This document shows positions 38,279 through 50,170 of a DNA stretch of 64,000 bases, in pieces. Each line of letters opens with the position of its first letter. Position 1 is the first letter of the stretch. The notes beneath the pieces are model-generated. The model was given only the letters and a program-made list of their open reading frames with translations, was not told the DNA's origin and made no database searches. The position numbers were made by a program, and so were the translations under genes. The stretch is from NCBI GenBank assembly GCA_021604505.1, contig BQJC01000004.1, forward strand, positions 304,581 to 368,580, read 5' to 3'. The DNA comes from Nitrospinaceae bacterium. Lineage in GTDB: Bacteria > Nitrospinota > Nitrospinia > Nitrospinales > VA-1.

Positions 38279-38721
38279 TCGTGGCCGGATTCAAAACACA
38301 GGCCATCCGGTTTTCCCCCTTCGCACACCGCTTTGAGCAACGGGAAAGCGTGTTCCGTCCAACCTTCTCCGAATCCATCGGCGGCGGGTTTCAGCCGGAT
38401 ATTATAATGCCTGAGAGTCAGGTGCGTGGAAGCGCCTTGCGATTGCAGTTTGATCTCGACCGTCGACTCGCCCGGTTCCAGGCCGATGATTCCCCCCCAG
38501 GTGAAGACGACTTTTTCATTAGGCACCACCTCAACATATTTGCCATGGCATTGATCGCCTACCCGTTTGCCCACATGAAAAATTCCACCGGGTTTGGCAT
38601 CGGCTTCCACGATTTCGCCGAACCACTCTTTCATCTTGGATTCATCTGTCAGATAAGAAAAAACGGTTTCCGGACTCGCATCGATGATCACCTTACGGGT
38701 CAATTCATACGTCTCAGTCAT
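38263..38721 (-). CDS. SRPBCC/AHSA1 (Aha1-like) domain protein
   Basis: 152 aa. IIDASPETVFSYLTDESKMKEWFG fits this family, as does the pairing with an upstream ArsR gene. Confidence 0.8.
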   Translation of the reverse strand: MTETYELTRKVIIDASPETVFSYLTDESKMKEWFGEIVEADAKPGGIFHVGKRVGDQCHGKYVEVVPNEKVVFTWGGIIGLEPGESTVEIKLQSQGASTHLTLRHYNIRLKPAADGFGEGWTEHAFPLLKAVCEGGKPDGLCFESGHECKTD

Positions 38722-39041
38722 GATTTTCTCCTGCGTTTAGTCGTTTCGTTTTTTTCAGCGGCGGCTTTCAGTTTCATCAGGCGCGGATCCCAGAAATCTT
38801 CCAGGAGAGCCTTCAAGGATGCAAACCCCTCGGGACGCAGGCTGTAGAGCCGGCGGGTTCCTTGCCGCCGCTCGCTCAAGAGTCCGGCTTTTTTGAGAAC
38901 GCCAAGATGCTGAGAGACCGCAGGACGGGTGATACCTTTAAAACGCCCGGCGATCTCTCCAGCCGACATTTCGGACCTGCGGACCATCTGCAGAATTGCA
39001 AACCGGGTGGGTTCCGCCATCGCTTGTATGGTTTCAAACAT
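38718..39041 (-). CDS. ArsR/SmtB family transcriptional regulator
   Basis: 107 aa. The wHTH is RFAILQMVRRSEMSAGEIAGRFKGITRPAVSQHLGVLKKAGLL. It overlaps the downstream SRPBCC gene by 4 nt. Confidence 0.85.
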   Translation of the reverse strand: MFETIQAMAEPTRFAILQMVRRSEMSAGEIAGRFKGITRPAVSQHLGVLKKAGLLSERRQGTRRLYSLRPEGFASLKALLEDFWDPRLMKLKAAAEKNETTKRRRKS

Positions 39042-39059
39042 GACTTAATGTTAGAATAA

Positions 39060-39071
39060 ACTTACGTAAGT
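39060..39071. promoter_or_regulatory. Perfect 12-bp palindrome ACTTACGTAAGT upstream of the arsR-like gene (candidate operator)
   Basis: The sequence is an exact self-complement lying 19-30 nt upstream of the ArsR start codon at 39041. ArsR/SmtB proteins commonly autoregulate through inverted repeats. Confidence 0.45.
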
Positions 39072-39122
39072 GTCAACTAAAATATTTAACTTTTTTGGGG
39101 TGCGCGATTTCTCCCTCATCAC

Positions 39123-39734
39123 CTACTTCCTCTGCAGCACAGGATACCCCAAAGTATAAATCCATTTATCGTCCTCTTGCGCATCGGGGCGGGCCAGCTG
39201 TTTCGCGGGAAGATGGCATCCAAGGCAATCAGCCTGATAATCCGTGGAGACGGTCTTCACCGCATCGTCGGCATTGAAAAGGGACCAGCCCCAGCCATCG
39301 CCCCACAGTTTCGACTCCTTGTAGCGGCCTTGGGTGTCCCGGACCAATACGAACCATCCCTTGATGGTCGTGGCATGGCTCACCGCCTCGCCTGTGGTCA
39401 TGGGCATGGTATCTGCGTGAAGCAGTTCCTTGACCAGCACCGCGCCGTCCGGGTAGCGGCCATGTTCCAGATAATAATCGATCGTTTCGGGCTGCGTGTA
39501 GACGACATGATACTCCTTAGAGCCGGGCTCTCCTTCTGTCCTGGCATGCGCCCACGTTCCAAGCGTGGCCCACCGGGTGTAGTTATCAGGCACCCGGATC
39601 GCTCCGGTTTTAAAATCCACATTGGCGGCCACGGCTTTTTTCTCCCCCTTACCACCTGCACCGACCATGGACGCCCCCCAAACGCCGACTGCCATCAAAA
39701 TCAGAATGGATACAACTGCAATTTTATACTTCAT
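39123..39734 (-). CDS. Cytochrome P460 family protein
   Basis: 203 aa with a signal peptide. It has a single C-terminal heme c motif, CLGCH, in the context YQADCLGCHLPAK. The size and beta-rich sequence match P460. Confidence 0.7.
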   Translation of the reverse strand: MKYKIAVVSILILMAVGVWGASMVGAGGKGEKKAVAANVDFKTGAIRVPDNYTRWATLGTWAHARTEGEPGSKEYHVVYTQPETIDYYLEHGRYPDGAVLVKELLHADTMPMTTGEAVSHATTIKGWFVLVRDTQGRYKESKLWGDGWGWSLFNADDAVKTVSTDYQADCLGCHLPAKQLARPDAQEDDKWIYTLGYPVLQRK

Positions 39735-39752
39735 AACAATTTCCTTTATGTT

Positions 39753-39781
39753 AAAAAAATCCCGGCAGGCCTACCGCCGGG
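39753..39781 (-). terminator. Terminator-like GC hairpin plus T7 tract immediately 5' of the P460 RBS (candidate attenuator)
   Basis: The minus strand reads CCCGGC-ggtaggcct-GCCGGG ATTTTTTTAA. It then continues cataAAGGAAattgttATG (P460 start at 39734). There is no room for a promoter between the hairpin and the RBS. Confidence 0.4.
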
Positions 39782-39997
39782 AAGCTATTAGACTTTCGAT
39801 TCCAGCCGGAAATCGCATCACTCGTGAGAACTTGGCAATTGGTCGCGAAAAAAAGCTTTATCTTACAAACGATCTTTTTCAACCCGGTTGCTTGTTGAGT
39901 CTCGAATGGCAATAAAAATAGATGGGGGGATCGGAAAGGGGAAAGGCCGTGCAAACAGGAAAGCGGAAGGAAATAAGGGGTGGACGTTCAGGGAAAC

Positions 39998-40026
39998 CAC
40001 TCCCCTGCTTAATTGCCAGGGGAGTG
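39998..40026 (-). terminator. 10-bp perfect hairpin 12 nt downstream of the YcfL-like stop (weak or no U-tract)
   Basis: CACTCCCCTG (39998-40007) and CAGGGGAGTG (40017-40026) are exact reverse complements with a 9-nt loop. Confidence 0.35.
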
Positions 40027-40037
40027 GAGAATTCCTG

Positions 40038-40556
40038 CTATCGCCCTTCGCGGATCTCGATGTGGAAAAATTCCACTTCGTCGCGTTTCGTGGAAGCGAT
40101 TTTATAAGTGCCGATGCTTTTGGGCGGCAGCTGCACCCTCTGCCAGGCGCTCATGCCTTCCACCGGCGACTTGTTGCGGTCGAAAAACTGCGTCCGCCCT
40201 TCGATCTGCAGGGGAAAGTTGGTGTGGTTGCGCAGAATGGTCAAAACCTCCATCGTGCCGGTGGGGGTGCGGCTGGAATCCGTCTTTTCCACCGTCACCT
40301 TGTAGCGGGCCACGGTGCCTTGCTGGGCCGCCGCTTCCGCCGTGGTCGGCGCCGCAATCCGCACGCCATCACAATAGGTAGCGCCCACCATCTCGTAATA
40401 AAGAGAGGTGTCAATGATCGTAACGGAATTCATTGCGATGCCGGGCGCCAGCGGTTTTTCCTGCAGAATGTTCACACAGGGATCGGTCGTGGCGCATCCA
40501 ACAAAAAACAATCCCGCAAAAATTGTCATGAAACCGGTTTTCATCATGCCCTTCAT
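40038..40556 (-). CDS. YcfL/DUF1425-like lipoprotein
   Basis: It has a lipobox (FAGLFFVGCA) and a GGAGG RBS before the ATG at 40556. The beta-rich C-terminus LTILRNHTNFPLQIEGRTQFFD...FFHIEIR resembles DUF1425. Confidence 0.55.
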   Translation of the reverse strand: MKGMMKTGFMTIFAGLFFVGCATTDPCVNILQEKPLAPGIAMNSVTIIDTSLYYEMVGATYCDGVRIAAPTTAEAAAQQGTVARYKVTVEKTDSSRTPTGTMEVLTILRNHTNFPLQIEGRTQFFDRNKSPVEGMSAWQRVQLPPKSIGTYKIASTKRDEVEFFHIEIREGR

Positions 40557-40590
40557 AGATTGAACCTCCTGAAATAGTGCAAAGCCGAAA

Positions 40591-41814
40591 TCAATTTCCT
40601 GCAGCCGACCGCGACCGGACCCAGGCGAACCCGAATCGATCATTCACAAAGTTGATGGTTCCTTCTTTTTCCAGACTCTCTACTTTCCTGCCATTCGGTT
40701 TAAAAAACGACACCTTCAACGGCTGATTTTTTTCTTTAGAATTCAAAGTGAACACGTGAACCCTGTCGGGGAGATTGTCCCAGACCCGGATATCGGCCTG
40801 AGTCTGAGTGCGTTGGGCGACCGCCTGTTGGCCGAGACCCACAATACCGATGATCCCCGCAACAATAGCCACAGCCCCCGCATCGTCCCCGAACCGCGGC
40901 GCCATTACCAGGGTTCCCAAGGATAATTGCGTCAGCGTCTGTCCCATGGCCTGATTGGTTTCCTGAAAGCGCACCTTGCCCGCCAGAATATGATCCACCT
41001 GCCGTCCGCCGCGGGTATTGGCCTGCCAGAAAATATTTTCCATGGGAAAACCTGGGAACGCCGACCCTCCCAACTCAAACCGAACGCTTTCTTCACTAAA
41101 ACCCGTTCCCTGCGTGAAGCGAAGCGCGGATTGGCCTTGCCCTACCCCAATTTTCCGTGGCGCCGTCCCCGTTTCCGCGATCAAAAGAACGTTGTGGTTG
41201 CGATCGGGAGCTACAAAATCGGGGCGGTATGTTTTGACCTCCTGAAAGGCTTCCTCAGCCATATCCCAATCGCCGAGCATCATCGACGCCCACCCTTCCA
41301 GAAAAATCAACAAAGCAAAGTCGGCCTGATAAATTTCCTGTTCCGCCATGGCATCCTGCAACAAGCCTCCCTTGAACGAGGCGCGGGCGTTTTCAAAATC
41401 CCCTTTGCGAAAATATAAAAGGCCCCGGTAGTAATAGGCCATGGCGCGCTCATAAGGCTCTCCCTTAAAATCTTTTCTTCCTTCGGCATACCAGAGACTG
41501 CGGGCCTTGGCGGCATTTTCATCGTTGGTGTAAACCGACTCGATGTTGAGAAGCGCGATGTCGAAGGATTCTTCCGCCAGATGGAACTCGCCCAACTGCA
41601 TCGCCGCCAGCCCCGCCCGCATATGATTGAGCACCAGGTTCCTGCGTCCTTCCCTGAGCACCCGCATGTAGTGGTAATGCAGCAGGGAAGGCTTGTCCTG
41701 AAGATAAGCGGTCATCTGGCTGTCGGGCACGTTGACCCACTCATATTGCGTGGTCGGGGCGCAGGCAGACAGCCAAAGCACGAGAACCAGCCTAACGGAT
41801 AAAGATCGAAGCAA
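40591..41814 (-). CDS. TPR-like lipoprotein of unknown function
   Basis: I re-called the start as a TTG at 41814. It is preceded by TAAGGAG, which overlaps the stop of the upstream gene. This gives the signal peptide MLRSLSVRLVLVLWLSAC. TPR-like segments (AMAYYYRGLLYFRKGDFENA) are present. Confidence 0.6.
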   Translation of the reverse strand: MLRSLSVRLVLVLWLSACAPTTQYEWVNVPDSQMTAYLQDKPSLLHYHYMRVLREGRRNLVLNHMRAGLAAMQLGEFHLAEESFDIALLNIESVYTNDENAAKARSLWYAEGRKDFKGEPYERAMAYYYRGLLYFRKGDFENARASFKGGLLQDAMAEQEIYQADFALLIFLEGWASMMLGDWDMAEEAFQEVKTYRPDFVAPDRNHNVLLIAETGTAPRKIGVGQGQSALRFTQGTGFSEESVRFELGGSAFPGFPMENIFWQANTRGGRQVDHILAGKVRFQETNQAMGQTLTQLSLGTLVMAPRFGDDAGAVAIVAGIIGIVGLGQQAVAQRTQTQADIRVWDNLPDRVHVFTLNSKEKNQPLKVSFFKPNGRKVESLEKEGTINFVNDRFGFAWVRSRSAAGN

Positions 41815-41824
41815 GGGCCGCTCC

Positions 41825-42508
41825 TTATCTGTAAATAATGTCGTCACGCGCCGTTTTCTTGAAATCATAAATCCCGCTCCAGACGATTTCCCCGGTCTCC
41901 AGATCGACCATCTCATAGATGATCTGGTGCGTCCGGCTGGCCAGTCCAGAAACGGTGTTGACTGCGTCCAGCGTTGTGATCCGGCCTCCCAGTCGAAAAT
42001 CCCCGCCATAGGTGGATTTGGTTTTCTCCAAGGTTCCCGCATCCACGACGGTCGCACCCTCAGCGCCCTGTTTGGTTCTTTTCAGCTCGCGCTCTTTTTC
42101 CACCATGTCCGAATAATGCCGGCCAACAAATACCATGCGCCCCTGGGATGCACGGTTCAAATTGACGCGCAAACGGTCGGTGATGATATTTTTGTTGATG
42201 CGCGTGGAACTCTCGTTTCTGAAATACTCCGAATCGATGATGATTCTCGGTGAAATTTTACGATTCGCCAGAACAGGCGTGGCTAACATATCGCCGACCA
42301 TCGCGTCGGTCATGCTGGCGAGGTCCTGGGACTCCAGACCGATACCCGCCACCTGGCCGGGAGAATTCACGTCTTCGTAGACCGTCGGCCTGCCCGGTGA
42401 ACTATCCACACCCGTGGATTGAACATAAGGAGGCGGCGTTGCGCAACCTGCCCAAAGTAAGGCAAACAGGGCTAAAAAAAATAGTTTTACGGTTATGTTC
42501 ATAATCAT
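41825..42508 (-). CDS. LpoB-like (COG3417) lipoprotein
   Basis: It has a lipobox (LLWAGCA). The segments IIIDSEYFRNESSTRIN and DLETGEIVWSG parallel E. coli LpoB (LLVDSVNNRTNGSLN and QTGEIIWSG), as recalled from memory. Confidence 0.65.
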   Translation of the reverse strand: MIMNITVKLFFLALFALLWAGCATPPPYVQSTGVDSSPGRPTVYEDVNSPGQVAGIGLESQDLASMTDAMVGDMLATPVLANRKISPRIIIDSEYFRNESSTRINKNIITDRLRVNLNRASQGRMVFVGRHYSDMVEKERELKRTKQGAEGATVVDAGTLEKTKSTYGGDFRLGGRITTLDAVNTVSGLASRTHQIIYEMVDLETGEIVWSGIYDFKKTARDDIIYR

Positions 42509-42646
42509 CCCCTTTAGAAACTGGCTCCTAATCGTTCAATTTTTAATCGAAAACCCAATACCCTATTGGTATTATCCGCGCCTCTCAAATTAAAGCCCCT
42601 ATTTATTATAACCATTTTTACATAAATTTTTACATATATTTTTGAG

Positions 42647-46375
<3,729 letters not shown>

Positions 46376-46455
46376 GCATTAGAGGATAAACAAGATGCGT
46401 GCGTTCTGGAAAGGGAAAAAATGAAAAGCGCAGTCACACGGAAAACCGGTTGCCG

Positions 46456-47487
46456 CTATTTATGCTGGAGAGCGGCATGTCTGTCGGCAAGGGGAGTCGC
46501 CGCCTGAGCCTCACCTTTCATCATGTCAACTGCCAACCCCTCGTGGGCAAGAAACATTTCAAGCTTCGAATCGGGGGCGATGGGTTTCAGGTATTTTTTT
46601 GTCTCTGCGAAAATATCGGTCAGTTTAAAATCGCTGTATTTGGGTTCATGGTGGAAGAAAGCGATTTCTTTCACATTGGCGTCCACCGCCAGATCGACAC
46701 CGATAAACGTCGAGCTGTGTCCCCAGTCGCGTTTCTCGAGACCTTCGCCAAACGTATACATGGAATCAAAGATGAGTAAATCCGCATTCTGAAAAAAGTC
46801 GACATAAGGCTGCAACTCTTCCTTTCTCAGACTCTTGTATTCGGCATCCGTAGAATAAACGACCGATCGTCCGTTGTATTCTATCCGGTAGGAAAACGAC
46901 CTCCCCGGATGACACATTTCCATCCATTTAATTTTGACATCGCCGATTTGGCATTCCACCCGGTCCCCTAAACTGGAAAATTCCAACGTAGAAGAATAGG
47001 CGTGAAACGGCACGGGAAAATATTCAGGCATCTGCTGACCATGCAGCCGCCCCCTGAGGTCTTCATGGGGTGAATACAAAGTAAAATGGTTGCCCTTAAC
47101 ATAAAGAGGGGTGAAAAAGGGAAGCCCTTGAATATGGTCCCAGTGAGTATGAGTGAAAAAAACATGTGCCTTCCCCTGCCCTTTGCCAAAATCTCCTTTC
47201 AAAAGATCCAGGCCCAATTGCCGAATACCCGTCCCGGCGTCGAAGATGAGCTGTTCCCCGCCCGCCTCAATGTGGACACAGGACGTATTGCCGCCAAAAC
47301 ATCCGCGAATCTCGACGGGTAACGTTTCGATAAAAGCTTTTCTTGAGGAAGCGTCTTTGAGATCCTCCGGCTTGGCCCGCTCTAAAGCCCTGTTGAGTTT
47401 TTCCTCGATCTGCTCCGAAGAGGTCGGAGTGCCAATAGACCCTCTCACCCCGCGAAACGTAACTTTAAATGACTCGTTCATATTCAC
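46456..47487 (-). CDS. MBL-fold metallo-hydrolase
   Basis: 343 aa with the HxHxDH motif FFTHTHWDHIQG and a downstream FFHHEP. Confidence 0.8.
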   Translation of the reverse strand: MNMNESFKVTFRGVRGSIGTPTSSEQIEEKLNRALERAKPEDLKDASSRKAFIETLPVEIRGCFGGNTSCVHIEAGGEQLIFDAGTGIRQLGLDLLKGDFGKGQGKAHVFFTHTHWDHIQGLPFFTPLYVKGNHFTLYSPHEDLRGRLHGQQMPEYFPVPFHAYSSTLEFSSLGDRVECQIGDVKIKWMEMCHPGRSFSYRIEYNGRSVVYSTDAEYKSLRKEELQPYVDFFQNADLLIFDSMYTFGEGLEKRDWGHSSTFIGVDLAVDANVKEIAFFHHEPKYSDFKLTDIFAETKKYLKPIAPDSKLEMFLAHEGLAVDMMKGEAQAATPLADRHAALQHK

Positions 47488-47500
47488 CCTGTTTAAGATA

Positions 47501-48370
47501 TTATGTACCTTTTAAAACCTCTTCCGCGCCATCCAGCCCATGCAACATTTCTGCAAATATTTCCTCGAATTCCTCCACCGACACCCCCAGGTTTTCAAAA
47601 ATGCTGTCTTCCGGAGCGGCTTCCGGCTCGTCCCCTACACCGTGAGTGATTCCGCGGTTACAAACCAGCCGGTTGGCGATGCACACCAGTTGCGGCAAGT
47701 TCGGCTTGGCTCCATTCACAGAAAGCGGTTGATGATGATTCGCCACAGAACTAATGACCACAGGCGAAAGCGACCAGTGCGTTCGTATGAATCTCCCACC
47801 CAGCTCTGAATGATCGATGCCGAATTTCTCTTTTTCAAGAATTTCCAGGGACGCTCCTTCGGAATCACTGGATTTCACAAAGTCCCCATATTCTTTGGGA
47901 ATCAAATACTCATACACCACAATGCCCAAATCGTGCATCAAACCGCATACATAACTTTCTGCCTGGTCTTGTTCGCTGAGACCCGCCTTTCTGCTCAAAA
48001 TCTGAGTCAAACAAGCAACGGCAAGGGAGTGTTTCCAAAATAGGTATTGATCAAAAGATTTTAAACGATTGAACATGTTGGGGAGTTGAAGCGTGTAAGC
48101 CAGATCCAGGATCATCTTGATCCCCAGGCGCATTACTGCACTGGATAGGTCTTCCGCTTCGTCCCGTCCACCCCCGAACAAAACGCTGTTGGCAAGTTTC
48201 ATCAACCTTCCGGACAAAACAGGCTCTGTTTCGACCAATTCGGCGATCGCTTCCAGATCGCAGTCCGGATCGTTGATCAGGTTTTGCAAACTGAGAAGGA
48301 TTTCCGGTAACGGCGGAAGATCCCCTTTATTAGCCAGAGTTTTTAAAATTTCGTCTTTTATCATTTCCAC
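47501..48370 (-). CDS. HDOD domain signalling protein
   Basis: 289 aa. LPPLPEILLSLQNLINDPDC...LANSVLFGG...GLMHDLG is typical of HDOD. Confidence 0.8.
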   Translation of the reverse strand: MEMIKDEILKTLANKGDLPPLPEILLSLQNLINDPDCDLEAIAELVETEPVLSGRLMKLANSVLFGGGRDEAEDLSSAVMRLGIKMILDLAYTLQLPNMFNRLKSFDQYLFWKHSLAVACLTQILSRKAGLSEQDQAESYVCGLMHDLGIVVYEYLIPKEYGDFVKSSDSEGASLEILEKEKFGIDHSELGGRFIRTHWSLSPVVISSVANHHQPLSVNGAKPNLPQLVCIANRLVCNRGITHGVGDEPEAAPEDSIFENLGVSVEEFEEIFAEMLHGLDGAEEVLKGT

Positions 48371-48922
48371 TCACAAAGGCATTCAATATATCCCCATACC
48401 AAATTCGGGAGATCGCCATTACAAACAGGCACTCTACCATTATAACCATAACTCTTTATTTATCAAAGGTTAAATAAGATCCGGTTTTTCAGGGCTTATA
48501 ATAGCATCATGCATTGTTTTCCCTTTATCCCTGATTTTTTCCAGAAAATTCGTAATTTCGAAAAGTAATGATTGTTGCATTTATGCACATTTTTCAAATT
48601 TAAGCGCGCCCGCAGCCGCTAGAAAAAGTCCTGGTTATTAAAGAATTTTAAGCCGTTACTGATAAAAATCATATCCCTCACGATTTAGAGAAAACTTGAT
48701 GAGTCGCTGGTTTTACAATCAAAGTCTTAAAGGATTCAACGCGAAAGGCCATGAAAAAACTTATAAACAACAGTGAAAGCAAGCATTTAATTTATATACA
48801 ATGGAAACTTGAAAAGCGCTTCTAGCCAGCCTATAGTGGAGGGGAAAATTTTTGAAAAGATTAGGTTTGAATTGGAAACCCGATTTTGATTGTGGCGCAA
48901 ATTTTCATTTTAGAACTGTAAT

Positions 48923-48953
48923 CGGACACGAACGACAGTGTCCGAAATTTTTT
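48923..48953 (+). promoter_or_regulatory. Hairpin plus T6 in the greA leader
   Basis: CGGACAC (48923-48929) pairs with GTGTCCG (48938-48944). It is followed by AAATTTTTT and then the GGGAG RBS of greA. Confidence 0.3.
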
Positions 48954-48968
48954 AGGGAGAATTTACTA

Positions 48969-49454
48969 ATGCGGTTGCCAATTCTCGATAAACTGGATGC
49001 GGAACTCGAACAGACGAAAACCGAACTGAAAGTCGATATCCCTAAAGCATTAAAAACCGCCATGGAGCATGGCGATTTGAGTGAAAATGCCGAATTCAAA
49101 GCCGCCAAAGAGCGGCAGATGTTTCTGGAGACCCGCTTATCCCAACTGCAGAAAAGAATCAGCGATGTCATGGCCCTGAACATTGAACGCATTCCAAAAG
49201 ACCGGTCCGGCCTGGGAAGCACCCTGTTCCTAAAAGACCTCGATACGGGAAAGAAAATGCAGTATCACCTGGTATTTCCCGAGGAAGTGAACCCCGATGA
49301 AGGTAAAATTTCAACCGCCTCGCCCGTAGGCAGGGCGCTTTTGGGGAAACAGGAAGGGGATGAAATCACCATCCCCATACCCGGTCAGGAGAAAGAGTTT
49401 GAAATCCTGAAAATCATCACCATCCATGAATCCGGCGGAAGCATTGAAGGATAA
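48969..49454 (+). CDS. greA: Transcription elongation factor GreA family
   Basis: The coiled-coil N-terminus with GDLSENAEFKAAKERQ is the Gre signature. The C-terminal domain has SPVGRALLGKQEGDEI. I chose the ATG at 48969, which has a GGGAG RBS. Confidence 0.85.
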   Translation: MRLPILDKLDAELEQTKTELKVDIPKALKTAMEHGDLSENAEFKAAKERQMFLETRLSQLQKRISDVMALNIERIPKDRSGLGSTLFLKDLDTGKKMQYHLVFPEEVNPDEGKISTASPVGRALLGKQEGDEITIPIPGQEKEFEILKIITIHESGGSIEG

Positions 49455-49461
49455 AATTTAG

Positions 49462-50097
49462 ATGCCATCCAAACCCTTAATCTCATTCGATGAAATCGCC
49501 CAGGAAAGTCCGTTTTTCCTGGACACCGAAGACCACCTGAACTGGAAAACGGTGTTTGAAAATGATAACCCCCTCAACCTGGAGGTCGGTTTCGGCAACG
49601 GAAAATTTTTAATTGAGATGGCGGCAAGAGAACCGGAAAGCAATTTTATCGGAATGGATTTTTATCACAAGGGGATCCGCAAAGCGATCACCCGCATCAA
49701 CAAGCTTCAGATGCAAAATATTCGCATCGTTTATGGAGATGCGAAAGAAAAGATCCCTTATTTTTTCAAGGATGAAGACCTGAGCAAAATCTACATCAAC
49801 TTTCCGGACCCCTGGCCGAAAAAACGTCATTACAAACGCCGATTGATCAAACCGCCTTTTATTGACATGATCACGGAGAAATTGATGCCCGGTGGGGAAA
49901 TTCATGTAGCGACGGACAGCGAACCCTACGCCCTGGAAATCCTCGACTTTCTTGAGGGGCATTCCCCGTTGAAAAACCAAATCGGCCCAGGGGTGTTCCG
50001 GGGAAGCCGGGGAGATTTGCCAAGATCGAAATACGAAAATAATTTCATCAATGCCGGAGAAAAAATTTTCTACCTGGATTTCGCCAAACGTATTTAA
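49462..50097 (+). CDS. trmB: tRNA (guanine46-N7)-methyltransferase
   Basis: LEVGFGNGKFL and NFPDPWPKKRHYKRRL motifs are present. Confidence 0.9.
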   Translation: MPSKPLISFDEIAQESPFFLDTEDHLNWKTVFENDNPLNLEVGFGNGKFLIEMAAREPESNFIGMDFYHKGIRKAITRINKLQMQNIRIVYGDAKEKIPYFFKDEDLSKIYINFPDPWPKKRHYKRRLIKPPFIDMITEKLMPGGEIHVATDSEPYALEILDFLEGHSPLKNQIGPGVFRGSRGDLPRSKYENNFINAGEKIFYLDFAKRI

Positions 50098-50170
50098 CGC
50101 AGGTTGCAAAGAGTATCATAGACCGGTCCTTGAAATCCCAGAATCATCCGCAAACTAAAGTCTGGAGGAA

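Noticed and set aside
39177-40577. Plus-strand ORFs at 39177-39791 (204 aa) and 39888-40577 (229 aa)
   Set aside because: They are antisense to the P460 and YcfL-like genes. They are Gly/Arg/His-rich and have no RBS or motifs.
41815-42057. The long N-terminal extension of the TPR lipoprotein ORF as given in the track (start 42057)
   Set aside because: It would overlap the LpoB-like gene by about 230 nt and encode a W/R/P-rich non-signal sequence. The TTG at 41814, with a TAAGGAG RBS, gives a proper lipoprotein signal peptide.
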